DNA of 62,967 bases, counting the filler, from Chiloscyllium plagiosum (taxonomy: Eukaryota), in NCBI RefSeq assembly GCF_004010195.1. It is 4 parts of 2 records of this genome, joined end to end, with 100 filler letters (N's around TTAATTAATTAA, not from the genome) between each part and the next. Parts side by side here need not be neighbours in the genome. Positions count along the whole stretch, not along the records: positions 34,551 to 61,396 come from NC_057711.1; positions 61,497 to 62,967 come from NC_057712.1; 2 more parts are not named here. The stretch is one strand, 5' to 3'. Below the pieces are notes generated by a model, which ran no database searches, was not told the DNA's origin, and saw only the letters and a program-made list of their open reading frames with translations. The translations under genes were made by a program, and so were the position numbers. Of the stretch, positions 50,790 to 62,967 are shown in pieces; the first letter of the stretch is position 1; each line of letters opens with the position of its first letter.

Positions 50790-51591
50790 TCATGGAGCTG
50801 TGAACTGAAAATGACCTTTGAACTATGGGCAGCAGCTTGTATTTTGAAAAAAGGACGAGAACACAAATAAAACTGCTGTTGGTTTGAGAGACGAGGCCTG
50901 GGAGTTAACTGCAGGTTGGGTTTTGATCAAAAGATTTAACAGACCTTCGACCCCGGGGAGCACATTATATTTAAACAGATAGCAAAAGTTGGCTGTTAAT
51001 GAGGTCAGTCCCTGGGAATTGGTCCCATCAAGTCTGGGAGAGACCTTATGCTCAAGCAGATGTTGAACGGTGACTGGAACCTTGCGGAGGAGATGGTCAG
51101 TCTGTCAGGGAGCAGCGAGAGTTTAAACTGGGTTTTGGACTGTGTTTTCTGTGAGAAGGGGTTTGGGTGTCATTATTACAACATGAAGATTTGAAAGGCC
51201 CTGCGGAACTGCCCATCAGCAGCTGCTGGATGTTCCAAGAATAAAAAGTAAGCCATAAGAACGACCAAATTCCTCTGGGTGAACTGAAAAGGTGGGCCTG
51301 ATCGATGCCTGTGGAAAATCAAACGAGGAACAATTATCGATGCCTGTGGAACAACACATCATGAAAAACACTGAAGTAATTCGGCCAGTTTTGTGTTTTT
51401 ATTGGTGTTTAACCCTTGACACTTGTTTTTCTGTCTTCTGCTCGATTAGGACTGAAAACAAAGATTATTCGATTTAAAATCACAAACATTAATTACATTT
51501 CTTTGATGTTTAATTTCGCTCTGCCAGTTACTGTATTGCCAATACAGAGGAGAAAAGCAGTTTTGATTCAACTGACTGTCGTGTTGTAACA
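50790..51591 (+). mobile_element. Possible solo LTR in the last PUM3 intron
   Basis: TG start candidates and a TGTAACA end, but no TSD found. Confidence 0.3.
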
Positions 51592-52808
51592 AGATACACA
51601 GCAAAGTTTATTGAAATCTTGATTTGAAAACAATGAAACACATTGATCATCACTGAGAAAGTAGCTGCTACTTGATATTATAAAATTCCATACTGTAATG
51701 AGAAGCGAACGAGAGCATTAAGCTTCTGGAGGGAAACAATTTAGGAGCAGAACCTTAGGGGTAATCATGTTACAGTCTACTTTATACTCTGGAGCTTGGA
51801 AGATTTGGTGGGGAAAGCCAGGCCGAGTTGCTCCACCACATCTGATGGATAGGATACAAATCAGTCACAGTAAACTGATGGTGGACAGAGTGAATTTGAT
51901 GTAGTGCAGATAAAGCAAACTACAATGCCTCAAGAGAGCATCAAGCTTGAGTACTGTCGCAGCCCAACACAACTTGTGTAATGTGAAATGTATTGCATCA
52001 TACTCCAGACTTGTGCCATTTAGATGATGGAAAATTCTTCAGGATATGGCAGGCGAATCATTTACCGCAGAATGGCCAGCACCTGAACTGCTCCAATCGC
52101 ATATGGCAATGATTGGCTGGTTGGCTTTCAGGTTCGTTAGCTCAACTGGCTGGATGGCAGGTTTGCAATGCAGAGTGACACCAACAGCGTGGGTTCAATT
52201 CCTTCACTGGCTGAAGTTAAAAATCACACAACACCAGGTTATAGACCATCAACCTTGTCCCTCACCTTAGGCGTACTGACCCTCAGATTAAACTCACTAA
52301 CAATCATCTCTCTGTAATGAGAGAGCAGTACTAAAGCCCCACGGTCACTTTACCTTTACCTTTGCCCATCAGGATATTAATGCAGCAACATTATAGAGAG
52401 GAGTAAGGTGGGGCTGGTGGACAGCAGTGGCCATTATGGTCAGCAAACCACTTAGATTATGTACTCTAAGTCAAACACCAAAGCACACGCATTCTACAGA
52501 TCTTCCCAATGGTATCTCCATAATCTTCCTCACCTTTCAAAAATCTCTTTGGACCTTCTCAATTGAATCTGTTGTTATCCCTCCTAATCCTACTCTATCT
52601 CCAACTGGAATACTCACCATTTAGCATATTGTAAAAATCTCTTTCGAACATCTCTGCACATTTCAAGAGCACACATCACTAAGACCATGTATTTTCCAAT
52701 TCTATTATTAAAAGATCTGACATACACAATCTGATCTATAAACATTTAAGTTATTTAACATACAAAGAAATCATGTGACCATGAATTGGAGTTTAATTTA
52801 ATGCTTAC

Positions 52809-52899
52809 CAACAAAGCACAATAGCTCCACGGTTTACCTGCACCCAGGATTTTAGACTCTCCATTCCAACACGTTCTACTAATGTCTTTGCAAAGCACT
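52809..52899 (-). CDS. PUM3: PUM3 penultimate coding exon (91 bp, phase 1/2)
   Basis: tatag|AG TGC...TG|gtaag; CFAKTLVERVGMESLKSWVQVNRGAIVLC matches recalled CFAKTLVEHVGMKNLKSWASVNRGAIILS. Confidence 0.93.
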
Positions 52900-54579
52900 C
52901 TATAATAAAAATTTTAAATTTATTAAGTAATTTTCTTCAGGTATTTGTGTTGTGGCCTTTTAAGTCATATCCTGGAATAGTTACATTTCATCTCTATCAA
53001 ACAAAGGTTTCCCATTTTTATGACACAACTGATCCTTAAACAGATTATTTTACTATGATAAGTATGTCAAAAACATAAACAGAATTGTTTAACTGCTATG
53101 ATTCGTTTAATTGACTGGCCATAATGACGCCCCAAGAAGACACACTACAAAGACTCTCAGTGTAATCTATCTTCTCTTCCAGTTGTCTCAGGGGGACAGG
53201 TTTGCAAAGGTATTTCTTTTAAAATAAAACCAACATCACTTTGAATAATGGGAATGTATACCCTGCTCACTTTAATTTCAAATGGCTGTCATTATAAAGC
53301 GTAAATACCTATACATTGTTAGTAAATGGCATAACCTAATGCAAGTTCAAGAGGAAAGTGTATGTCCATTTCCAAGTTTAATAATTGTATTCATATGTTA
53401 ACATTTTGAACAAATGTAATTGACCACCGGCCTTGAATTGAGGAGAAAGCATCTTCTGAAAGTTGTCAGTCGAGAATTTTCTTCCCAGAGAGGTCGGGTC
53501 ATTGAATATTTATAAAGCTGAGTTTGGTAGATTCATGATTGACAAGGGAGTCAAACGGTATAGGATACAGATAGGAAAGCAGACTTGTCGCCACAGTATA
53601 TCAACCGGGGAAGCAGTTTCGAGGGACCATGTGACCTTTTCACTGCTACTATTTTGTACGATCATAATGCAATGCAACTGGACTTGACATAGGCTCCCAT
53701 TTAATTGAAGCGTAGAAAAATATTCACATGACTGAATAAATTTTGGTTGATCACGATTCACGCACGATTACTTGAGGATGAAACATAGTATTTAAAGACA
53801 CACTTGTCAGCTAGTCAGCTCTTAAGCAAGGCTTCAGAAAATTATGAAGCACTTTGAAACGGTCAGTAAAGAATTGAGTTCAAGTTGGAATGGTGTGTTT
53901 AATCAAGCAAGGGAACATCAAAGCATGTGACAACAGTCAAAAGTTGAAATCTTTGAGCACTTGGAGAAATTAAGCCAGCGCTGGAAAGCTATTGAAGAAA
54001 ATCTATAACCATTGATTACAACAAGTACAACCAGTCCTAAAAGCGAACGTAGAACATCTCGGAGTAAAGCAAAAATGCCTAATGCCGTAGTAATTAAATT
54101 ACTAAAAACTATTTCTCTCATGTTGCTGCCTGGGGGCTAGCTGCGTAATGGAACTCATTTACGATGCATTAAATACAGTAACATTTAAATTTGCCAAGCA
54201 ATCTTGTAGTATCCATATAATTATGCTGGTTAAGCACAGTCAACAAAATACTGGGATGAACAATATGGCATTGGCATTAAATCAATGGTCACAATTATGA
54301 AGTTAAATTGTCCTTAGTGTTGCTCTGCTGGTTTGGATTTTATGGTTAAAACTCTTCAAAATCTCAAGTACCTGTATAATTTACCAATGTATATTATTGA
54401 TTAACATCATTTTTGGAATCATCAATCAACAGTTCTTTTAAATTTAAAATATTTGTTGCGATTATTTGATTAGATATATGGTGAAGTTTGCATCTTTTTT
54501 TGTTCTAGAAATGAGACAATAATTTGCAGAAAGTTAAGTGTGCCTTTGTTATTGGAGGAGGAGGAAATAGCCAACAATA

Positions 54580-56780
54580 TAGCGTAAATGGATGCAAGTT
54601 TGCTCATTGAGTTGTAAGGCTCGTTTTCAGATGTTTCGCACCATACTAAGTAATATCATCATTGAACCTCTGGTGAAGCACTGGTGTTGTGTCCCGCTTT
54701 CTATTTATGTGTTAAGGCTTTCTTGGGCTGGTGATGTCATTTCCTGTTCTTTTTCTCAGGGGGTGGTAGATGGGGTCTAACTCGATGCGTTTGTTGATAG
54801 AATTCCGGTTGGAATGTCATGCTTCTAGGAATTCTCGTGCATGTCCCTGTTTGCCTGCCTTGGCCTAGGATGGATGCGTTGCCCCAGTCGAAGTGGTGTC
54901 CTTCCTCTCTGTATGTGAGGATACTAGTGAGAGAGGGTCATGTCGTTTTGTGGCTAGTTGATGTTCATGTATCCTGGTGGCTAGTTTTCTGCCTGTTTGT
55001 CCAATGTAGTATTTGTTACAGTCCTTGCACGGTATTTTGGAAATTATGTTCATTCTGCTTGTTGTCTGTATAGGGTCTTTCAAGTTCATTAGCTGCTGTT
55101 TTAATCTGTTGGTGGTTTGTGGGCTATCATGATGCCAAGAGGTCTGAGTAATCTGGCAGTCGTTTCCAAGATGTCTTTGATGTAGGGGAGAGTGGCTAGG
55201 GTTTCTGGACGTGTTTTGTTTGCTTATTTGGGTTTGTTGCTGAGAAATCGGCTGACTGTGTTTATTGAGTACCCGCTCGTTTTGAATACGCTGTGTAGGT
55301 GATGTTCCTCTGCTCTTTGTAGTTCTTCTGTGCTGTAGTGTGTGGTGGCTCATTGAAACAATGTCCTAATGCAGCTTCATTTGTGGGTGTTGGGATGATT
55401 GCTTCTATAATTCAGTATTTGGTCCGTATGTGTTGTTTTCTTGGAGACGCTGGTTGGAAGTTCCCCATTGGGCGTTCGCTCTACTGTGACATCTAGGAAT
55501 GGCAGTTTGTTGTAGATTCCCGCCTCTTTACTGAATTTTATGCCAGTAAGGATATTATTGACGGTCTTGAAGGTTTCCTCCAATTTGTCTCGTTTTGCAA
55601 TGACAAAGGTATCATCCATGTAGCAGACCCAAAGTTTGGGTTGGATGGTTGGCAGAGCTGTTTGTTCGAGTCTCTGTATTACTACCTCTGCTAAGAACCC
55701 TGATATCAGAGATCCTATGGGTGTTCCGTTGATTTGTCTGTAGGTTTTGTTGTTAAACGTGAAGTGGGTGATACGGCATAGGTCCACCAGCTTAATGATG
55801 TTGCCCTTGCTAATGACAACACATCTATCCTGGGACAGGCTAAGCAAAAACATGCCAGAGAATTCCTAGAGGCCTGGCACTCCAACCACAAACAAACACG
55901 TAGATCTAGATGCCATCTATCAACCCCTCAGAAAACGAACAGGAAATGACATCACCACAAACCCCAGGAACCCCATCCAGGAGAAAGATATAAATAGAAA
56001 ACAGGAGACAATAGCTTCGCTTCACTTGGAGGTCGCCACTGATGATGTTACCTAGCCAGGTAATGAAACATCTGGATATCAAGCCTATAGCTCAGTGAGC
56101 AAACCTACACCCTGAAGTTGGTGGTGTTTAGTGTATGTGTCTTTGGTTCTTCTAATAGTGTAGTCAGTGTTCCCTTGGCCACGTTGATGTTGATGGATGT
56201 GAACAGGGCTGTTACATCAAAGGAGACTATTATTTCATCCTCCTCTATCTTGGTGTCTTTGATGGTCTTCAGGAATTCTTGGGTGGAGTGAATGGAGTGG
56301 TGTGGGTCTTCTAGTTCCTTGGCTAGTCTGTATGTTGGTATTCCAGGTAGCGAGCCTATGGGTCTGAAGGGGACTCCTGGTTTGTGAATTTTGGGTAATC
56401 CGAAGAAGCATGGTGTGTTTCATCCGTCTGGTTTCATTTTTTGGAAGTCTGTCTTGTTTAATTCTCCAGATTTCTGAAGGACAAGCCAAACAGAGACTCA
56501 CACAAGAACTCCTAGAAGCATGGAATTCCAACCAGAATTATAATCAACAAAAACATCGATTTGGACCCCATCTACCCTCTGAGAAAAAGAACAGGAAATG
56601 ATATCACCAGCCCAAGGGAACCTAAACACATAAGTAGAAACCGGGACATAACACCAGGGCTTCACCTGAGGCTCGCTGATGATGTTATCTAGTATGGCGA
56701 CAAAACGTCTGAATAAACCTTCCAGTGAGCAAACTTACATCCAGAACCTCAATCTGAGGTACAGATCTTCTCAAAACTTG
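54580..56780 (-). mobile_element. Penelope-like element (Poseidon-type RT and GIY-YIG) with inverted 3' pieces at about 55815-56115 and 56470-56780
   Basis: TYRQINGTPIGSLISGFLAE..YMDDTFVI..LPFLDV; PCKDCNKYYIGQTGRKLATRIHEH. Confidence 0.9.
56036..56075 (+). ncRNA. Hammerhead ribozyme motif in a Penelope terminal repeat
   Basis: CCA-CTGATGA-T-GTTACC-TAGCCA-GGTAAT-GAAAC-ATC-TGG. Confidence 0.65.
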
Positions 56781-57559
56781 ATAGCAGAAACGATTTGGAC
56801 CAGAAGCAATGCTCTGGATTTGGGAAACGTTGGTTTACTGCTAAGCTGTGTGGAAGTAGGATCTATAAATAGTAACAATGGGATCATGGGGATTGAATGA
56901 TGACCTAGTTTTGGCAGATGGAGAATCCCAATGGAACTCTGTAAAAGTTGTCTGGCTGGTTCAAGCAACATGGACTTCTGAGTAATTAGCTCTTGGTTCA
57001 AGGCTAGAGATGGTTCTCTTTGTTAGAGTAATAAAGCACAGCCCTATCTGATGGCCCCACTGGAGAATGGCACAGCTGCTGGATATGGTAATCATGCAGT
57101 AAGGCAAAACACAATTGCTTGTTATTGGCACAAGTTCTTTAGCATTTTTAAAACTCATCAGAGCTCAAGGCAACATTAGTTCTTATCAGAGAGTGGAACG
57201 AGTTCAGATCAAAGAAAATGAAGGCTATTAATATTCAATTTTCCACTTGTTAATATTTTCAGCTTCGTGCTGAGGCAAGTCCTTTGAGAATGTGATCTAA
57301 ATATTGAAGAAAGGCAAAATGCCTCATTTCCAACTGTTGCAGATTTACCTTACAGATTGTACAAGTTTCACTGCATCATATATTTTTACTGAAAGCTAAT
57401 AATTAGCTTAGGATTGGACTTGATACAAAGCGCATTCAAACAGTACCACACGTATGGCATTCTGAAATGAAAATTTGGAAGTACTGTTTTGATTTTCTTT
57501 GATTTTCCAGCACACACAGATGCTTAGTTTTGCCCAGTGCTGGTTTAGCCTTACTTTGA

Positions 57560-59060
57560 GGACAGGATCTGTGTGTAGTTGGAAAGGTAAGACTGATTAA
57601 GGATAGTCAACATTGGTTTTTGCATTGGAAATTGTGGCTCACTAACTTGATTGAGCTTTTTGAAGACGTGACCAAGAAGATTGAAGAAAGAGTGGAGAAG
57701 ACGTCAGTAAAGCATTCAACAAGGTTCTGCATCATTGACTGGTTAGCAAGGTTAGATCACATTCTGGATCTAGGGTGTGCTAGCCAACTGGATACAAAAT
57801 TGGCTTGAAGGTAGGAGACAGAGGGTGGTGGTAGAGGGTTCCTTTTCAAAGTGGAGACCTGTGACCAGTGGTATGCCACAACGTTCAGTACTGTTTTTCA
57901 TCATTTATATAAATGATTTGGATATGAATAAAGGAAGTATGGTTAGTAAGTTCGCAAATGGCATCAGAACTGGTGGTGTAGTGGACAGTGAAGATGATTA
58001 TCTCAAGGTGCTATAGGACTTTGATCAGATGGGACAATATGCTGAGAAGTTGCAGATGAAGTTTAATTTAGGAAAATGAGAGATATTGCATTTTGGTAAG
58101 GTAAACCAGGGCTGGATCTATACAATTAATTGTAGGGCCCTGGGGAGTATTGCTGAACAAAGAGACCTAGATACATAGTCCCTTGAAAGTGGAGTGACAG
58201 GTAGACAGGAGGGTGAAGGTGGCATTTGGCACATTTGCCTTCATCAGTCAGTGCACTGAGTATAGGAGTTGGGAGGTCATGTTGTGTCTCTACAGGACGT
58301 TGGTGAGACCACTTTTAGAATACTGCGTACAATTCTGGTCACCCTCCTATAGGAAGGATCATGTTAAAACCTGAGAGGGTGCAGAAAATATTTACAAGGA
58401 TGTTGCCAGGACCAGAGGGTTTGAGCTGCAGGGAGAGGCTGGATAGGCTGGGGCACTTTCCCTGAAGCTTCAAAGGCTGAGGAGTGACCTTATAGAGGTT
58501 TATAAATGGATAGGGTGAATAGACAAGGTCTTTCTCCTTGGGCAGAGTCCAAAAGGGGGCATAGCTTTAAATTAAGGGGGGGTAGGTATAGGACAGATGT
58601 TAGGGGTAGGTTCTTTACTCAGCGAGTCATGAGTTCATGGAATGCCCTGCCAGTAGCAGTGGTGGACTCTCCCTCATTATGGGCATTTAAGCGGGCATTG
58701 GATAGGCATATGGAGGATAGTGGGCTAGTGTAGGTTAGGTGGGCTTGGATCGGCGCAACATCGAGGGCCGAAGGGCCTGTACTGCGCTGTATTCTTCTAT
58801 GTTCTATGTTCTAAAACAGACAGGTTTAAGGTGAGAGGTGAAAGATTTAAAAAGGATCTGAGGGGCAACTTTTCATTGAGAGGGTGATGTGTGTATGGAA
58901 AGAGCTGCCAAAGTACGTGGTGGAGGCTGGTACAATTACAACATTTAAAAGGCATCTGGATGGTTATAAGAATGTGGGCCAAATGGCAGGTCAGATTGGG
59001 ATGTCTGGTCAGCGCAGAAGAGTTGGACCGAAGGGTCTGTTTCCATGTTGTATGACTCTA
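57560..59060 (+). mobile_element. CR1 LINE ORF2 3' half with a second CR1 3' end nested at about 58553-58812
   Basis: WIQNWLEGRRQRVVVEG..VTSGMPQ..YINDLD; the nested piece ends in (TTCTATG)n. Confidence 0.88.
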
Positions 59061-59172
59061 AGTGCAATAGGTCTACGTTGATGTTACATGATGTCTCACT
59101 ATACAAAACGTGTTTAAACTTAATGACACAACCCTGAGCTGTACGTCCACACCCTCAAAATAAAACTCTTAC

Positions 59173-59260
59173 CTGGCTTTCCAAGTTCCTCCATCTTTCC
59201 ATCTTGTTCTATTAACCATTTAAGAACCAGGTGCCCTGCAGGGTGCTCTACCATATGGAG
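59173..59260 (-). CDS. PUM3: PUM3 third-from-last coding exon (88 bp, phase 0/1)
   Basis: tttcag|CTC...CCA G|gtaag; LHMVEHPAGHLVLKWLIEQDGKMEELGKP matches recalled LHIAEHPAGHLVLKWLIEQDKKMKE. Confidence 0.95.
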
Positions 59261-59279
59261 CTGAAATGAGGAACAGAAA

Positions 59280-60920
59280 GAATCATGGAACCACAGAGTC
59301 CAGTAGACGGCCTTTGCCCCATCCAGTCTGCACCGACAACATTTATACTAGGCCCACTTTCTCGCACCTGACCCACAGCCTTGAGTGTTACGACACTTCA
59401 CGTGCTCATCCAAGTACTTTTTAAAAGGTTGTGAAGTTTCCCGCATCAACTCCCCTCCCAATGCATTCCAGATTCCCACCACCTGTTGGATGAAAAATAT
59501 TTTCCTCATGTCTCCTGCCTTTAAAATTAAACATTATGCCCTTTAAATAAGGGTAACAACTGCTTTCTATCCACAATGTCCATGATAATCTTATACACAT
59601 CAGCCTCCTCGGTTTTAAAACAAACAACACAAACCCATCCAAACTCTCTTCATGGTTCAAATGCTCCATCCCAGGCAACATGCAATCACTTCCTTCCGAC
59701 AGTGAGGTGACAAGAATTGCTCACAGCACTACAGCTGTGGCCGACTCAAAGTTCTGTACAAATCCAACATGACATCACTGCTCTTATTATTTATGCCATA
59801 GCTGAAAAAGACAAGGGGCCATAAAACCTTCTTAACCACCTTAATAAACTGCCCTGCTGCCTCAGGGACCTGTGGACAAACATCTCAAAATGCCTCTATT
59901 ACTGAGCTTCCTAATGTCCTGCCACTTATTTAGTATTCCCTTAAATTGTTATTCTTCCAAAGTGAAACATCTAATTTTTCAGGGATACATTCCTTCAACC
60001 ACTGATTATTCAGGAACCTCATAGTCTCTCTTCCAAAATGCTCAGTCTCCAAAGTGAAGACAAATGTGAAGGACCTTTCTAATGCCTTATCAAAGTCCTC
60101 TGGCTCCGCACACAAACCCTATCCTTTTCCTGGTTATCCTCTTCCCCTCGAAGAGTAGAATACCTTGGGTCCACCAGTGCTTTTTCATGGCCTCTCTTTG
60201 CCCTCTTAATTGCTTTAAGATCTCTTCTGCACCGTCTATACCTAGCAACAGCCTCTGTTATTTTGCTTCCTTTGTACCTGTTAAAAGCCTCTTTCCTTTT
60301 TAGCCAGTCATGAATATTCACAGACCTCTACGGTTCTCTACGCTATATTTCACCCTGCACAGAATGTGAATGCCTCCCCTTCCACATTTTGTCGATTTTC
60401 CCAGAAGTAGCTTTCCCCAGTCTCTTTTCCCCAGATCCTTCCTTATTTCAATAAAATATGCCTTCCCCAATTGAAAACCTTTTTCTGCAGACCAATTTGT
60501 TTTCTTTTTCTAGAACAAACTTAAAACGTACAGTGTATCGTTTGCTATTATTAAAATCTTCACCCACTGCCATTGCAACCACCAGTACAGCTCTGTCCCC
60601 CCAGAATTAATTCCAGCAAGGCTCTTGTAGCACCTTGATATAAAAAAAGCTCTCCTGAATGCATTTCAAAAAATCTGCCCCCTTTAAATCTTTTATACCA
60701 GGACAATCCCAACTAAAGTTGGGCAAGTTGAGATCCCTAATTATATTTTTATTGCTTGTACACATCTCAGGTTAATTGTCTACAAATTTCCCCTTCGCCT
60801 GCCCACTGACCATTCAAGTGTCCACAATACATTCCCAACAGTGACACTGTCCCTTTCTTACTCCTCAGCACTACCCACAAAGTCTCATTTGATGAACTTT
60901 CCAATACATTCCTGACTGTC
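59280..60920 (-). mobile_element. Degenerate CR1 LINE
   Basis: MLPGMEHLNHEESLD..; KAIKRAKRGHEKAL translations. Confidence 0.75.
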
Positions 60921-60957
60921 TTTCCATGAAACAGCAGAACTTCCAGCCCATGTGTTA

Positions 60958-61396
60958 AGTGTGTTTCTGTTGTGGTTCTGTTCGTCGAGCTGGAAGTTTT
61001 TGTTGCAAACGTTTCGTCCCCTGGCTAGGCGACATCATCAGTGCTTGGGAGCCTCCTGCGAAGCGCTTCTTTGATGTTTCCTCCGGTGTTTATAGTGGTC
61101 TGTCCCTGCCGCTTCCGGTTGTCAGTTTCAGCTGTCCGCTGTAGTGGTTGGTATATTGGGTCCAGGTCGATGTGTTTGTTGATGGAGTTTGTGGATGAAT
61201 GCCATGCCTCTAGGAATTCCCTGGCTGTTCTCTGTCTGGCTTGCCCTATGATAGTAGTGTTGCCCCAGTCAAATTTGTGTTCCGTGTTGTCTGCGTGTGT
61301 GGCTCCTAAGGATAGCTGGTCGTGTCGTTTCATGGCTAGTTGATGTTCATGGATGCGGATTGTTAGCTGTCTTCCTGTTTGTACTATATAGTGTTT
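60958..61396 (-). mobile_element. Penelope-like element 3' end (GIY-YIG)
   Basis: KRHDQLSL..HKFDWGNTTIIGQARQRTAREFLEAWHS. Confidence 0.88.
61005..61044 (-). ncRNA. Hammerhead ribozyme motif in a Penelope terminal repeat
   Basis: Minus strand GCA-CTGATGA-T-GTCGCC-TAGCCA-GGGGAC-GAAAC-GTT-TGC; palindromic AAACGTTT stem III. Confidence 0.7.
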
Positions 61397-61496
61397 NNNN
61401 NNNNNNNNNNNNNNNNNNNNNNNNNNNNNNNNNNNNNNNNTTAATTAATTAANNNNNNNNNNNNNNNNNNNNNNNNNNNNNNNNNNNNNNNNNNNN
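61397..61496. other. Artificial scaffold-joining spacer
   Basis: 44 N + TTAATTAATTAA + 44 N. Confidence 0.97.
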
Positions 61497-61665
61497 TGAG
61501 AGTGTGAGTTTGGGGGTGTGTTTGTGTATGGGAGTGTGAGTGTGTGTGTGTATGGGAGTGTGAGTTTGGGTGTGTGTGTATCGGAGGGTGTGTTTGGGGT
61601 GTGTGTGTTACTATGAGGGTGTGAGTTTGGGGGTGTGTTTGTGAATGGGAGTGTGTGTGTGTGTG
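61497..61665. repeat. GT-rich simple repeat
   Basis: GTGTGAGTTTGGGGGTGTG-type units. Confidence 0.9.
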
Positions 61666-62520
61666 AATTTATTTCAAACATTCGCCTGCCTGGACCAAAG
61701 GCCTAACCCTGTATAAACTGTGTGCAGTTTGTATAAAAGCTGCTCTCTCTGAAGTAGCTGTCTGTTATTTTTAAGCTGACCTCGGACACCTCCGGCTGCT
61801 ATTGGCAGGATCAGATTGCTGTGATGCAGTTCCTGCTTTATCACACAGACCAGGCTGACCTGATGTTGAAGTGGGGGGCTCAGTCTGGTTCACTTTGATG
61901 ACTGTGGGTGAGGCTAAAGGTCACTGTGTGGAAGGAACTGGGCTTGCCTGTTGAGGGGGTGGGGGAGGGGGGAATTTCTGCTGGCAACATTTCCACACTT
62001 CAGACAGTGTTGTGTAATTGGAGCAACATCTCAGAGCGATGGTCAGTGTGGATGTTTTGACTGCCCAAGAATGAAACTGTAGGTGGAGGCTTGCTGCCTG
62101 GAGTTGGTTTCACTGCACTTTTCTCCAGTCTTATTGGAGCTACCACCTCGAGGTGCTCAAATCCCCGAAGGGTTTGTCACATCAGCTCCAGTTTTAGTCC
62201 AACAGCTTTTCCTTTTCACTATCTCCAGCTCTCTTGAGTCAGTAATTAGAATTATTGTAGGAGAACCGAAACCGTAAACAATTGCATTTCTCTTTGCGGT
62301 TTCTGTCTCATCACAATTAGTGATTTACCTGAAAATTCCTGGAAACTCCAGGCCAGTCCTGAAAGGTTTGCAGTTCCCTCTCTGGGATTGGCCAGGATGA
62401 TGCGGGGCATTGACGGGAATGACAAGGATGTGTTTGCGCAGTGATGCTGGGGAGGCTGAACACAACAACCAGGACCATGATGAGATTTATCATCATGCTC
62501 TTGGATCAGGTAGGGAATGG

Positions 62521-62967
62521 ACCAAACCATCATCTCCCAGACCATACAGAACCTCATCACCTCAGGAGATCTCCCACCCACAGCTTCCAACCTCATAATC
62601 CGGGAACGCCGCACTGCCCGGTTCTACCTCCTTCCCAAGATCCACAAGCCTGACCACCCTGGCCGACCCAATGTCTCTGCATGCTCCTGCCCCACTGAAC
62701 TCATCTCTATCTACCTCGACACTGTCCTATCCCCCCTAGTCCAGGAACTCCCCACATACGCTCGAGACACCACCCACGCTCTCCACCTCCTCCAAGACTT
62801 CCGTTTTCCCGGCCCCCAATGCCTCATCTTCACCATGGATATCCAATCCCTCTACACCTCCATCCGCCATGACCAGGGCCTCCAAGCCCTCCGTTTTTTC
62901 CTCTCCAGACGTTCCCAACAGTACCCCTCCACCGACACTCTCATTCGTTTGGCCGAACTCGTCCTCA
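62521..62967 (+). mobile_element. Penelope-like element reverse transcriptase, N-terminal part, truncated by the window end
   Basis: RTARFYLLPKIHKPDHPGRPNVS..YARDTTHAL..FTMDIQSLYTSI. Confidence 0.9.

Noticed and set aside
54580..56780. Active or domesticated Penelope RT gene
   Set aside because: Frameshifts, stops and inverted inserts break the ORF.
62328..62495. Minus-strand signal-peptide-like reading MMINLIMVLVVVFSLPSITAQ... ending at CAG|GTAAAT
   Set aside because: No recognisable homology, the 3' part looks repeat-derived, and it abuts a Penelope insertion. Unsupported without transcript data.

Overview
Repeat-rich vertebrate genomic DNA, most likely from a shark (inferred from HE1/V-SINE-like SINEs, CR1 LINEs and Penelope-like elements). 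It is not one contiguous locus: three artificial 100-bp spacers (N44-TTAATTAATTAA-N44 at 21027-21126, 34451-34550, 61397-61496) join four scaffolds. Scaffold 1 (1-21026) has no recognisable coding exon. It holds minisatellites, a CpG-rich promoter-like patch and a nest of retroelements: a Gmr1-like Gypsy remnant containing a solo LTR, which in turn contains two Tx1/L1-like insertions at the same 15-bp target, plus an inversion-duplication. Scaffold 2 carries three internal DOCK8 exons (+). Scaffold 3 carries the last coding exon of KCNV2 (+) convergent with the last three coding exons of PUM3 (-), as in human 9p24. Scaffold 4 is mostly repeat. The highlights are an apparently LTR-targeting site-specific non-LTR retrotransposon, many Penelope-borne hammerhead ribozyme motifs, a CR1-associated inversion with a templated duplication, and a long intronic inverted repeat next to a DOCK8 exon. 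Family names come from recalled motifs, not database searches, and the boundaries of degenerate repeats are approximate.
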